A stretch of DNA of 63,034 bases, the filler included, from Intoshia linei (Eukaryota; Animalia; Orthonectida): the NCBI GenBank assembly GCA_001642005.1. It is 6 parts of 6 records of this genome, joined end to end, with 100 filler letters (N's around TTAATTAATTAA, not from the genome) between each part and the next. Parts side by side here need not be neighbours in the genome. Positions count along the whole stretch, not along the records: positions 30,003 to 56,309 come from LWCA01000475.1; 5 more parts are not named here. One strand, 5' to 3'. The stretch's first letter is position 1. Each line of letters opens with the position of its first letter. The notes beneath the pieces were generated by a model. That model ran no database searches and was not told the origin of the DNA. It worked only from the letters and a program-made list of their open reading frames with translations. Shown here piece by piece: positions 37,701 to 50,600 of the stretch. A program made the translations under genes and the position numbers.

Positions 37701-40454
37701 GTACTCCATGTCTTTTGACCATCATTCGTTTCACCCAAATGTAATGATTCATTAAAAATTGTCATTATTATTAATTTTTTTGAGGGTCCACAGGTTTTAT
37801 GTATTATCATCTTAGGGGTTCATAGCCAAAAAGGGTTGAGAATGGCTGCGCTAGTGCGCCAAAATTTTTAAATTGCTTCCAAGTTCGATTCAATATAAAA
37901 AAGGTTGAGAAACACTGATTTAACTAAACAGTTACGGCTCAGAAGAAATATAGGTTAAAACAATGATGAACCGAGATTTATTTCGAAAAAAATTTCAATT
38001 TAAACAGCAACGGCGAATATTCAGTTGAACGACATAATCATCTATTTTGTTAATTAATCATAATATTTATTTTTTTAACAATATTTTGGTTAAAAAAACA
38101 ACTTCCCTTAAAAACCCTACATTATATTTAACATGAATAAAGAAACCCACTAAAATTTCGTGAAAAAATAAATATGATAAATTAGTAAAATGGAAAATAA
38201 ATCATTTTAGAGTCTAAGGCAGTGATTCCCAACGTGGGGCTTGTGAAAATTTTAGAAAACAAAATAATTGATTAGTTATCAATGATTTATATTGTTACAA
38301 ATTCATTGATAATCTCAATTTTTATTAAAATTTAGATGTATTTTTACATGCATTTTTAATTACAATAATGATCAGTGATCATTTACCACATCACATTTAT
38401 ATCAGAAATTTATCACAATTACTTTAAAGTTATAACTTATAACTACCATTCAAACACAGTGGTAAACTTTACAAAGTAAAGCTACAGCAATGATAATTTT
38501 TGAACAAGATAAACTAAACTTTGGTAAATTCGCATATTTTTGATGGACTAAAAAAATTTACAACAAACTCAAAAATCACCAATTAATTGGATTTATTATA
38601 TGTTATATTTAGGTATGTTAAATTTTAATTTATTTTTTTACCCCAGTTTGTTGCGCAGTAATGTATAAACATAAATTCTGTTAAACACCATATGGAAATA
38701 TTTGTTACAACTTATAGTGGGGCATAGAAATTTCGTAAAGATAAAAGTGGGCATGAAACTTAAAAGATTGGAAAACACTGGTATAAGGTGTATCGCTCAA
38801 ATGTATGTCACTCCAGACTCTGGACGTCTTCATGGATTATTGCAAAGCTTTGTATGTATAAATTTAGACAAAAAAAGATATTACTATTGAACTACACATT
38901 TTCCAATTATTATTGTTTAACCAACACTGTTTTAATTGTCATTGAAGAGTGAAATTTTTTTAAATTGGGTTTTAGTGTTTTTTATGCAATTTTTTCCTTT
39001 GAAAATGCGCACTTATTTAGTTTGTGCAACTATAAATGAAACCTCTCTTTAAAATTTGGTTAAAAGATGAATGACGTACATTTAGATAAATGAAATAAAA
39101 AAATTACTTCAACATTTCCAAAATGTCCGACAAACATACGAACGGGTGATTTTTTCTGTGTAATCCATAAATGAGCCATATTGCTGGAACAAGTAGCAAA
39201 ATAAACACCTTCTAACCCATAATCAATATCCAAGATTGAACCATACTTGGAAATATAAACAGAAATGCAATGCATGACATCCAAGCTCCACAAACGAACT
39301 GTTCCATCCATGGATGATGAAATAAGCAAATTCCTAAACATACAAGTAGCTATACCAGTAACTCTGTCAGAATGTCCAATAAACTTTTCATGAGATTGTC
39401 CATTATTCAAATGTCTTTTAATTTTGTCATAAATATTAATATTATCAGTAGGATCAACTTGATTTAACTGAAACATTGGTTTCATAGTTTTAATATTTGC
39501 TTCTCCAACAGTCCAAGCATGTATATTTCCATTCAACAAGCCACACAATATCAAAGAAAAATCGTCGCTGAAAACGGTAATTGTAATAACATGTCCACCA
39601 TTCATGATAGTATACATGGCTGTATATGGAGAATACTCGTTATATCGTTTTTCTTTGTTGAGAGCAAGTTTTTCTTGATAAATTTTAAACAGTTGAGAAT
39701 TTTCAGGTCTCGGGATTCTGGAAATATCTGGATTAATACAATCGTCTTCTAGTTTTTTCTTCTTTCGAAACGGTTCCAAAAACATTGGTTTCTTCAAGAC
39801 ATTTTCTACGCCATACTTTATGGGCATTACATTAACTTGACTTTGTTCGATATAAGGATTCGAGGAAGTGTAAATTTTTAAATCTTTAAAGTCAGTATAA
39901 GTCATTACATTAAAATGATTTTGAATAATATTGAAAATTAGTCGACAATTTATAGATAAAAAACTTGCAAAATTTTGAAAAGTTTTTTTGTTTATGTAAA
40001 GATTGTATTTATTGTTCCTAAGCCTGCTATATATTTGAGATTCGTTCAATATTTGAGGGTTTAGAATGCATCTGAGTTTTGTTAAATACATTTTGTAGTA
40101 AAATTCTTGATATCCTTCATTTTCTCTAAAGAATGCATTTGCTGCATTGATCAAGTTTTTTTCTATACATTCTATAAACATGTTTGCAAAAATTGGGAAT
40201 GTAAATTGCACTAATTCAAACTTTTCAATGTCCAGGGATTCTCTTATATATAAATACATTACTTTGTATTCTTTGTTGTAAACGTGATTCGTTGGATTGC
40301 TGTTTAATATTTTTGAGGGAGTGGCAGGTTCCATTGATTGCAGTGCTATATTCTTTTGTTGGCATTCTTTCACCATGGCCATTTCAGCTTCTCTCAAGTT
40401 ATTTGCTCTCAAAAATTGCAAAACGCTATTGTAAGCGTTCATTTGATTGTTCAT
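34788..40454 (-). CDS. TAF5: Transcription initiation factor TFIID subunit 5
   Basis: It has a LisH-like NSVLQFLRANNL and an NTD2 (SLDIEKFELVQFTFPIFANMFIE). WD40 repeats include FIGHSDRV, SSMDGTVRLWSL and PVRMFVGH. Downstream exons at ~37074-37187 (IHPNGNYVGTVSTDGSLRLWDV), ~36745-36919, ~34940-35006 and 34788-34899 complete the gene. Confidence 0.9.
35408..36718 (-). mobile_element. Full-length ~1.3-kb non-autonomous Helitron in a TAF5 intron
   Basis: On the minus strand it reads A|TTCTAACTTATATAAGGC ... GTTGTTTGTACGTAGTACATAACAATCAAGCTAG|T. There is no TIR or TSD, it is inserted between A and T, and it has a 3' hairpin plus CTAG. Confidence 0.82.
38220..38780. mobile_element. hAT (Buster-type) MITE in a TAF5 intron
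   Basis: GTCTAAGG|CAGTGATTCCCAAC ... ATTGGAAAACACTG|GTATAAGG. Confidence 0.8.
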
Positions 40455-40944
40455 TTTTGATTTATCAGGTTTTATTTAATACATTTTATTTTCATTTAAT
40501 TTCAATACTGTATTTTATGATAAACTGGTCAATTTTTAAAATTGTAAAATCGGATTCGAATTATTTCAAGTCATTAAAAATAAAAGTCAGTTATTGTTAT
40601 CTCGTTTCTCATGAGATAACTTTTGTTGGTTAACATTTGTACTCATTGTTAATCAATATTCACTTGTAATTTTATTACAATTCATTAATAGCTTATGCTG
40701 TCACTTTGATGTGTATTGTTCAAATAATCGCACATTTAATTAGATAAATATTAAATCAACAAAATAAATTTTAAATCACCTACAATCATTGTATTGTAGT
40801 TACTACAATGTAGGTAAAACGTCTTGAATATAAAACTTATTAAAATAAAGTACATAATAACGTGTACGTAATTAAACATCGATAAATTTAAAACATGTAA
40901 ATAAAGTTAAATTTGATATAAAACTTGAATTTTATAAATTTAAA
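40455..40944. promoter_or_regulatory. Putative bidirectional promoter between TAF5 and MED31
   Basis: 490 bp separate the divergent ATGs, with no recognisable transposon. Confidence 0.55.
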
Positions 40945-41515
40945 ATGACAAATTTCAACGAAAATGCAAATTTTTATATAGATGACATGGATGAATTTAT
41001 GAAAAAACAAAATTTTTCAATGAACGAAAATGAAGACCGTTTTTGAATGTAATTTTCAATTGAATTAAAGATTTTTAGAAAAGAGATGTATTGGTCAGTA
41101 TGAATCAAAATCACAAAATTTGTTGCGATTAGAAGTTGAATTAGAATTTGTTCAATGTTTGGCTAATCCAAATTATTTAAATTGTAACTTTTTTAATACG
41201 ATGAGGTGGTCATGTGTATTTTTTTCCTAAAGATTATGCATTCAATAGGCTTGACTGGTTTAAAATATTTGCATAGATCTTGCTCAACATGGATATTTCA
41301 AGGATCGAACATTTATAAACTATTTAATCTATCTTATGTATTGGACACGTAAAGAATACATTTCATTAATTCGATTTCCTTTTGCTTTACACATACTTCA
41401 AGCTTTACAATCTGAAAAATTTAGAAAACAATTAACCGACTCCGATTTTACTAATTTTATTGATGATCAACTAATTTTATATTGGAAAATAAGTGGTGAT
41501 ACTAAAAAAGTTTAA
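40945..41515 (+). CDS. MED31: Mediator subunit 31 (SOH1), 3 exons
   Basis: The spliced product contains [43 protein letters not shown]...EYISLIRFP...LQSEKFRK...FIDDQLILYW. Confidence 0.95.
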
Positions 41516-41710
41516 TGTAGATTAAATTTAATTATAAATAACAATTAGATTTTATTTACATAGTTGGTTATTAAAAATATGTAATTTAACTTGACAATCC
41601 GTTTTGGTATTTGTGTTTGTTTAAAAGGTTTTCAAGGACTTTCTAAATTTAAATTATTAAATTACATTCATTCATTATACAATCAAAGGTTAAAAAATCA
41701 TCATCTAGGG

Positions 41711-42572
41711 CAGTGGTACACGATTGGGGGTTCTAAACTATATTCATTGGTTGTTGAGATTGAAATAAAATATACAAAAAATTTTATCAACTTATCTTGT
41801 TATATAAGAATTTTTAATATTTATTACGGAGTTGCCAGATGTTGGGAATTTATCCCAAAGCTCAGACGACTTACATTATTATTTAAAAAATCCGACTTTT
41901 ATCCTACCATTAATAAAGTTTAATAAAAAATACTATTTGAAATTCTCAGGGAAAAATTGACTATTACCAATATTAATCAAACTCGAAAATAAAGAATCCA
42001 ATTAACCCTCAAGGTAGTGCTTCCCAAATGGTGCGCCGGTAGCTGAGTCTTATTTTTTTAAATTTTGATGATTTATCTTAAACGTCTATAATTATACACT
42101 TATAAACGAGATATAGACGTTATAAATTATAATTTAAATTATAAAAATGTCTAAAGTACATAAATTGTATAAATACACTAAAATAGTAACTTTAAAATAT
42201 ATTTTTCTGTAATTATAATTATCTTTCAAATTTTACTTCAAAGATATAAATATATTATATATAATGCGCCGCGAACATAAAAAGTTTGGGAAGCACTGCT
42301 TTAAGGGAAATATCCTTTTTTTCCTATATTTTTTTGAAAACTAAGATTTTACCAAATCTTATAAGCAACAACTTTTTAACCCAAAATAAAAAATCCTATT
42401 TTATCAACCCTTAATGCAATAATCCCCTTTTTCCAATATTTTTTTTAAAAACACGATTTTAATAAAAGCTTATGAGAATTTTGTATATTTCATGTTTCCT
42501 TTGCTGTGTAAAAAAATAATAGTTTGAAATTCAAAATGAGGGTCCGTACACTATTGAAATCGGAACACACTG
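41711..42572. mobile_element. hAT MITE containing a nested second hAT MITE (42015-42298)
   Basis: The outer element is ATCTAGGG|CAGTGGTACACGATT ... AATCGGAACACACTG|ATCTAGGT. The inner element is CCTCAAGG|TAGTGCTTCCCAAA ... TTTGGGAAGCACTG|CTTTAAGG. Confidence 0.8.
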
Positions 42573-42879
42573 ATCTAGGTATATCCTATTGTTTTATAAC
42601 CAATATGTTAGAAATCAAAATTAAACAATATTTCTCAGGCTGGGCAATATGCATACTAGTCAGTTGCTTGACTTTTTTAGTAGACGATAAGAAAATTTAG
42701 AAAAGTATCAAGAATTTTATCATTAAACGGATATAAATATATTCTGATTTAATTCAAAAGTGAGCCATGTTTGAGGACAACCACATATAATATAATCTAC
42801 ATTAATATGAGATTAGATGATTTTCAGTTGTATTTATTGTGAATAATTATTTTTATAATCAAAACTCATTGCTTTAGTT

Positions 42880-43396
42880 CTACTAGTTCACGATTCAAAT
42901 AGTGTACGGATCCCCATTTCAAAATATTTATTGTTTTGGACACCAAAGGAAACATAAAATATATAAAATTTAGGGGAAAATTAAAGGTTTTTTCCCTTAA
43001 GTTATGTTGGTAAAATTGTATTATTTATTTTGTAGTTTGGATTAAGAAGTTGTTGCTCATACGATTTGGTCAAATCTGATTTTTCAAAAAAATATTGGAA
43101 AAAGAGGATTTTCCATTAAGTTATGTTGGTAAAATTGGATTATTTATTTTGGAGTTTGGATTAAGAAGTTGTTGCTCATGCGATTTGGTCAAATCTGATT
43201 TTTAAAAAAAGTATGGGTAAAGTCCATTTTTTCCTAAGGGTTTAAAATGATATTTTTTATTAATGGTGAAATCGTTGAAATAATAATGAAGTTGTCTTCT
43301 AGGCTTTAGGATAAATTCACAACATCTGGCAACTCTGTAATAAATATTAAAAATTCTAAAATTGAAAAAAAATTGATAAAAATAGGGAACCACTGA
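42880..43396. mobile_element. Inverted, partly eroded copy of the same hAT MITE family
   Basis: It is the reverse complement of parts of 41711-42572 and ends GGGAACCACTG. Confidence 0.65.
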
Positions 43397-43489
43397 TTTA
43401 GAAAAAAAAGGTTGAGATTAATCATTAACTAATGCGGGATACCAATATAATACAATACAATGTAATAGAACTAAAAATAAAATAATTAC

Positions 43490-46400
43490 TCTATTGAAAA
43501 GATTTTCACGTAATTTACATTCTTTCATAAACATTTTTCGTTGAATCATTTTTTGTTTGTTAACTACTTCTGGTAAATTCTGATATTTTCTAAAATTTAA
43601 TTAACCTAAAATAAAATAGTAAATACTTTTTACAAACATTCTTCATTTTTTTTAAAGAAGCATATTTGGTGGGTACGTCCTTTTGTCGTTGCATTTTGTT
43701 CAAAAGTTTATCTCTACGTTCATCATTATGTTGTTGAATCAAAGCTTTAAGTTTTTCAATTTTTTCATTTTGTATTCTTCCATCTTCTATTATTCGATTA
43801 ATTTTCATGGATTCAATTGATTCTTGTCGATTTTTTGAATTTTTAATAAATTTTTTGCATTTATCATTAAATGCTTCCTAAAAACGGTAATAAAAAATTA
43901 AAATCAATGTATATCGAATCAGCAATAAAATAATTATGTAGTTCAGTTATGGGTAAATTACCCCCGATATATGGATATAAAGCACCACTTATAAATGTAA
44001 TTCATGTTAATTTATGGTGACAATCAGAAAATTATACATTCCATGGATTTTCAAAATATTAATCCCTTGTTGTGCACCCGTTATAAAGCCATACCAAATA
44101 CTACTCATAATAATACATGATATAAAATAAACCTGTAAAGATCCACTTACGTCACGAGACGAGTTATACGAATTGTCACTAAGAGTTTTAGATGGATGGA
44201 TATTGTTAATATGGCAGCCATATTTTTCAAGACGATCAACTTTTTTGAGATCATGAATTAAACCATTCAGAGTATCCAGTAAATTTTTACTAGATTGATT
44301 CATAGCCACGTCAGGTAAATTCTTCAATTGATTGGATATAGATATTCGTTTATCCAAGATGGAAACGTCATTAATTTGTGAAAAATTATATTTTTTCTTT
44401 GAAATATTTTTACGTTTAATATGTTTAGGTGGGGAATAAATAAGTAAACTAGGGGCTCTAGTTTCAACTTGAAAACTTTTGCGTACTTCAGGAGAAGGGT
44501 TTAATTTAATTTCCATTTTAATAGGACTTTTCACTCCATTAGACAAATTGGAATTTAATTCATTATTATGAGAATCTTGAAAATCCTTTTGAATAGCGAC
44601 GCTAAAATTTACTTTGGTTTGTGTACTATGACTGTCTTTTAAAACAGGGTTTGTGTTTTCAAGTTTAAAATTCGTTTTAGTGGTGACAGAATGTTTTTGA
44701 ATTTGATCATCATATATAGATTTCAAAGTGGTATTTGGAGTAATTTTCTCACTTTTTGAATTGTCATTAAAATCGTCATTAGATAAAATAGAACTAACAG
44801 TGTTCTGTGACAAAATATCCGCGATACTAGGAGTAAATTTAATTTTCTCTATAGCTGCATGGTCTAAAAAATTTTGCATTTTATTAATTCTATTCATCCT
44901 TTTCTTTTGTTTATTCTGTTCCCTTTTAAGTTTAACTTTTTCACACTCAATTTTATTAAAAATTCGAACATAATCGTTATGATCCAACCTAGTTCCAGTT
45001 GTACCAAAATCTTGAGATTCAACGGTATCAATTGATTTATCATCAGGCCTAGAATCGTTTTCACATTTTAAATTCAAAGATTTTTGAATTATATTGCACA
45101 GATTAAACGTATCCAAACTAGTCAATTTTTCATCGTTTTCTTTCATAAACTTTTCCCATAAATTTTTAATTTTTTTAGAACTGTCCAAATCAGAATCCAT
45201 GTTCACCTTGGATGACGTATCTGAATATATTTTAATTTTATTGTTGGATTTAGTTGATAGTGATTGAAATGGAGAACTAAAATCACTTTGTGTATTGGAC
45301 AATGATTTCGTTTCGTTATGAATGGTTAAATCTACACTATTGTTTGAATCTTTTTCTCTATAAAAACTAGAGTTCCATTCAGATATATCATCTAGTATAG
45401 AATTTTGCTGTGTCTCTGATATAATGTTGGTAGGCTAAATTACAATTAATTTAATTTGACAAATTTCCAATGTTTAAAAAACAATAAAAAGATAAAAGGT
45501 ATCAGACCGTTTTATTTTTAGTCAAACATTTAATACAATTTATTTTTCTTTATAAAAATACCTCAAATTCAACAGATTGAAGGCTACTTGAATCGTTTCT
45601 AAATTTAATATTTTTAATCAAATTATTTTTTATTATTGATACAGTTTAGAATGACCTAAAAATTCCAATTTTATAGTAGTAAGGATTGTGAATTAGTTTA
45701 GCATTCATAAATAAAACCAAATCATGTTTCAAATTCCAAATTCACAAAATTTATAATCATTGTATACGCCATGAAAAAAAATTTAAACAAGGAACCAATA
45801 GCAAATATTATGAAAAATATAGAAATAATTTTGTTTACCTATCAGCGACATTAGCAGCATTATTGACAATTTTTATTCTATCATAAATGAAATCTTTAAA
45901 ATTACAAGTGTCATTAGAATCTATTGAATAATGATCAATTTTTTCATTTACTTTTTTAAAACTTTTACAAGAATTTGAATCTGAAAAATCATCACAATTC
46001 TTTAAATTGCAAATAGCTTTGAAAGAACTAGCAATATCTGACCATTCAGTAAATGCAGTTTCTTGGTTAACTGCTACATCAGCAGTATGGTCCCATTGAA
46101 AACGAATTTTGTCGCCAAAATTTTTAGAATCAGATTTATCATCAACCAACGTTATATCAACATTTTTCGCATTGGCATTTTGACTTGTACCAACAATTTG
46201 CTTTTTAATTTTAAGTTTATCGCTATTTATGCTACTACAACAAGAATGGAATTGATCTGATAAAAATTTATCACTTTCATGTTCCTTTATGGATTCTTTT
46301 GATTTTGCTTTTTTCATACTTATATTGTTTGAATTAGATTTCATTTTATTTACATCAGAAACGCAATTTAATTTCTAAAAATACAATCACATTAACAACA

Positions 46401-46636
46401 AATAACGTTCTCAGATAAAAATTTGATTGAGAATTCAAAAATTTTAAATTGATTAATTTTACCAGCTTTTTGATGCACCTCTTATCTCTACTTTTAATTA
46501 ATTTGTAATTTGTGTCTTGATTGTCAGATAACCAATCTCCAATAAATTTTTTTTTGTCTAAATTATCCTTTGTATATAATTGAGGATCTGATTTTACAGA
46601 TATTTGTGATTTCTTGTCTTTTAAATTTGTCGACAT
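43490..46636 (-). CDS. ALMS-motif centriole/basal-body protein (ALMS1/CEP295/C10orf90-like); last exon unresolved
   Basis: Long low-complexity Ser/Lys/Asp-rich exons are followed by GSLQ|EAFNDKCKKFIKNSKNRQESI...KKMKNVCKKKYQNLPEVVKQTKMIQRK...KLRENLFNR. This matches the ALMS motif (SLQEA..FI..S..R..Y..LPEV..K..RL..LF). Confidence 0.75.
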
Positions 46637-47624
46637 GTGTAACTTGGTATATTTATAAAATTAATGTTTACATGTCTCATCTCAACAAACTAAAAATTAA
46701 TCAAGTGTGTCAGTTTCTAAAAATATACTATACTATTCATAAATTGTTTAATACTTATTAAATGAATATATTGAATTTTTAAAAATTGTTAAATTTTCAA
46801 TAATTTAATATCAATAGAATTTGCAATTGAGGATTTTTGGAAAATGTACAATATAAATTAAATTTTATTTTTGCCGCCTAAAGATGGAGCTCTACATTGT
46901 CACTATAACTATAATAAATTTTGCATAATTTCAAGGCTTGAAAATAAAGAAAATACACATGTAATGTATTCATGAATAACGAATTTAACAAAGGTGCACT
47001 TTTTGGAAAAAATTTTACTGACTTTAATATTTGACTAAAAATACATTTTTTGACATAATCGAATTTAAGTTTAACGATTTATTGAAAAAATTGACAGTCG
47101 CAGGATTTAAAAAAAGCCAATTTCTGTCTTTCCAGGACGTGTTTTTATCCATTTTTCAGTTTGAGAATTTGAGTCCTTCAAGGTCAAAAAACTAATTTCC
47201 TCTTTTGTTTAAAAAAATCAACCAAAAAATAAAATAAAACATATATTCTGGAACGCGTTTTAAAAGCATTAACATTGTCGTTAATCTCAACCTCACAAAC
47301 GCATACCTTCATGGTCAAAACTCCACATTACCATTTTTTTTAAATGAAAACAGCCAGATTTTAAATAGTTATTCTTAAAAGTAATTAAATTGTTCATAAT
47401 AGCTTATTCTACTTAAACATGATTTAACATATCCTTAAAATAATAATTACGGGTAATTAAAAAGTGGGTTTAAGTTGAAAGACTAGTAGGAACCCAATTT
47501 CAACCCATATGCTTGACAATTATTACTTCATGTATAAATAAACATAGTTATTTTGGTAAAAATGATATTGTTAATTAAATTTTTTAATATAATATACATA
47601 TTTACAATATTTAGATATTAAAAA

Positions 47625-50600
47625 TTAAACATTTTCTAAGGGTTCCTTTTTATTGTACTGAATTTTAGCATAACCGTACAATTTTTTGGCGTTGGATTTG
47701 TCTTCATTAGAATTCTAAAATAATTGTAAAAACGTACAGATATGAATAACCAATTTAAAAACAAATTCATCGGCATCCAGATCATTGGCTAAAATTCTAG
47801 AAAGTTCTTCACAGACTAAAAAAATGATATAAATAATTTAACTCTACATTGATTCTACAATATCACATTAAATGTATGTATCATGCAATACAGATGGTCG
47901 TATGGCGGTTATATTTTATTTTACAATCGATTATGTAAATTCTTCGGTTATTTTAATTTTATAGCCGTAATTAACTCAGTTGTTAGTTAAATGTATATAT
48001 GGTTATAAAAGTAAATTTGTCAATACCATATTGCATTTTTGAAGGAACCAGGGCCGCGAAAAAGAGTTGAGACATAAGACCTAATATGTATCTTATAACA
48101 AGAGAGTTTATTACAATTGGCTCAATTTTATCTGGATCGGATGATATGTGCGCGTTTTAAGTTACGTCACTGTAATTTAGTGTTTTTTAACCTTTTTTAC
48201 TTCAGTTTAATTTTTGTATAAAATTTGTATCCTTTCGCGGCGCACAGAATAAGAATCACTGTTGTAATGTATAAATAAAAAATTACTAATCTCTTCATCT
48301 TGACCATATATAAGACCAGCATCATACAACTCTTTTGCTACACCCTCTGGTGTGTCTAATTTTAATTTTAAACGAGATAAAATAATAAGATACCTTTGTT
48401 TACATTAATTTGAAATCTAACTTCGTTTTTATCCAAACTTCCGCCTCTAAAAGAAAGTTATATATTAAAATTAACTATTTAGCAATCCTTACAGTAATTA
48501 ATAAATACTGTAAAAAAATCAATATTGGTTTACGTATTTCACCATATTAAGTTGAGGTTAGTTTAGATCAGTGTTTCTTAACCTTTATTACTTCAGGGCG
48601 CACTTGTAAAATAAATAAAAAGTTAGGCTTACCTTACATTTTAATGAGAAAAAACATCGATATCCGAAAATGTGCAAAGAGTAAAAACCATAAAATTATA
48701 ATATAATAATAATTATAATACAAAAATAGTTATTTGGTGGCTTAAATTTACTAAAAAACATTTAATGTATGATGAAATGTTAAATTTTAAAAAATTTATA
48801 AAATAAAGTCAGATTTCTTTGCGGCGCACCTGTTAAGAATCACTGGTTTAGATGAATTCTGGATCTATAATATGGTATTTATAAGTTTTGAGTTTAACAC
48901 AATTTAAGATACCCACATCGAAAAGAATGACATTTTATAAGATATATTATTATGTATTGTAATGAATAACGTGTCATTTCTCATAATAAAATTAACAAAT
49001 TACCTAATAATCAACAAAAAATGAATATGCTCTAATACACGTTCATCATTATTGAAACAAATGGAAAGTTGACAATAATCTACTGATTTCGGAAAATTTT
49101 CTTTCTAATATACCAATAAAAAATGCAACGTAATTATTTTCAAACCTCAGAAGTACTGTCCACATATTCACACGTGTAAGAAGTTGGATAACGTTCTTTC
49201 TAAAAAGTATCATTACAAATGCACGAATATTACATTTCAATCAAGTAATATCAATAATTTCATTTTAAAAGTAACCATGAATTAAAAACACAATTCTTGA
49301 CTATTGGATCAAATAGGAGATTGTTTATCAACCTTTATCGTATTGGGGAAACTTGAATGAAATTCAATTCCAAAATCCACTTAATCAAACCCAAAATAAA
49401 AATACAATTTTACTAAATCTTATATCATAAATGTTTTATATTTTATGTTTCATATAAGTCAAATAAAATAAATATGATGAAATGAGGTCCTTACACTATT
49501 TGAATCTGGAATCACTGATCTAATCAATCATTCCTCTTCGGGATGGACGACCTTTTTGCAATATAGGAGCCACATTTATCCAAATTGAACATTTAAAAAT
49601 AATTATAGTTTTTAATATTAATAACTATTTTGTTTGTCAAATATGAAATGTAATGTCCAGACCAATGGAAAGGTGACTAAAGCTAAATGGTATTACATAT
49701 CGTTTTGAAAATGTTTTAGGGCTGTGATGACATCGACCACGCACAATAAAATGGAAAAATCAAACTTACTTTATTTTTTAGGGCCTCTTTTCCGATAGTA
49801 GAATCTGGATCCATTTCAGTATCAGAAAGTTCCCAAAGAGATTCTCCAACCTGATGCAATTTTCCACTTTTCCCGGGAATTCGCATAATATTTGACTTCT
49901 CTTCAGCGAGTTGAAATTTGGAACTTTGAAAAATTTTTGCAATATAACTGCGATCCTACATGAATGAAATATGAGAGAATCCCGATTAATAAAACTTTTG
50001 CTTTCTTAATAAATTCGTGTTTTAATAATTGCTTTGCTGTAGGTCTTTTAGACGAATCTTTTCGTAAACAATCGGCAATCAATTTTCTAAACAATTTTCC
50101 GTATGCCTTGTACTGGTCTGTGCAGGTACTATTAATGTCAATCGTAGGGGGTTCATTGTCCAAAGTTAACATTAAAACTTTCATTGGAGGAAATTTGTAA
50201 TATGGTGCTGTTCCAGTGGCCATTTCCAAAGCTAAATTTTTCAGTTCAATTTAATTATGATTCCAGCATACCAGTAATTCCAAAACTCCAAATATCTGCC
50301 TTATAATCGTAACCATTAGTCTAGTAATGAAATGAGTTGATAAATTAATACTAATTAAATATTAATTAAAAAACGAAAATTAACCTGTTCCATTACTTCA
50401 GGAGCCATCCAGCATGGCTAAAAGAATATACATTAATAAGTATTTACTGAAGTATTACAGTTCCCACAAATGTATGCCGAAGTGAATCATCTCCCGATTC
50501 TTTAGATAGCCATGCACTAACGCCAAAATCTAAAAATAATACAAAAATTAAAATATTCAAAAGACGTGAACGCTAATATACAGGCCGTATCAAACCCAAG

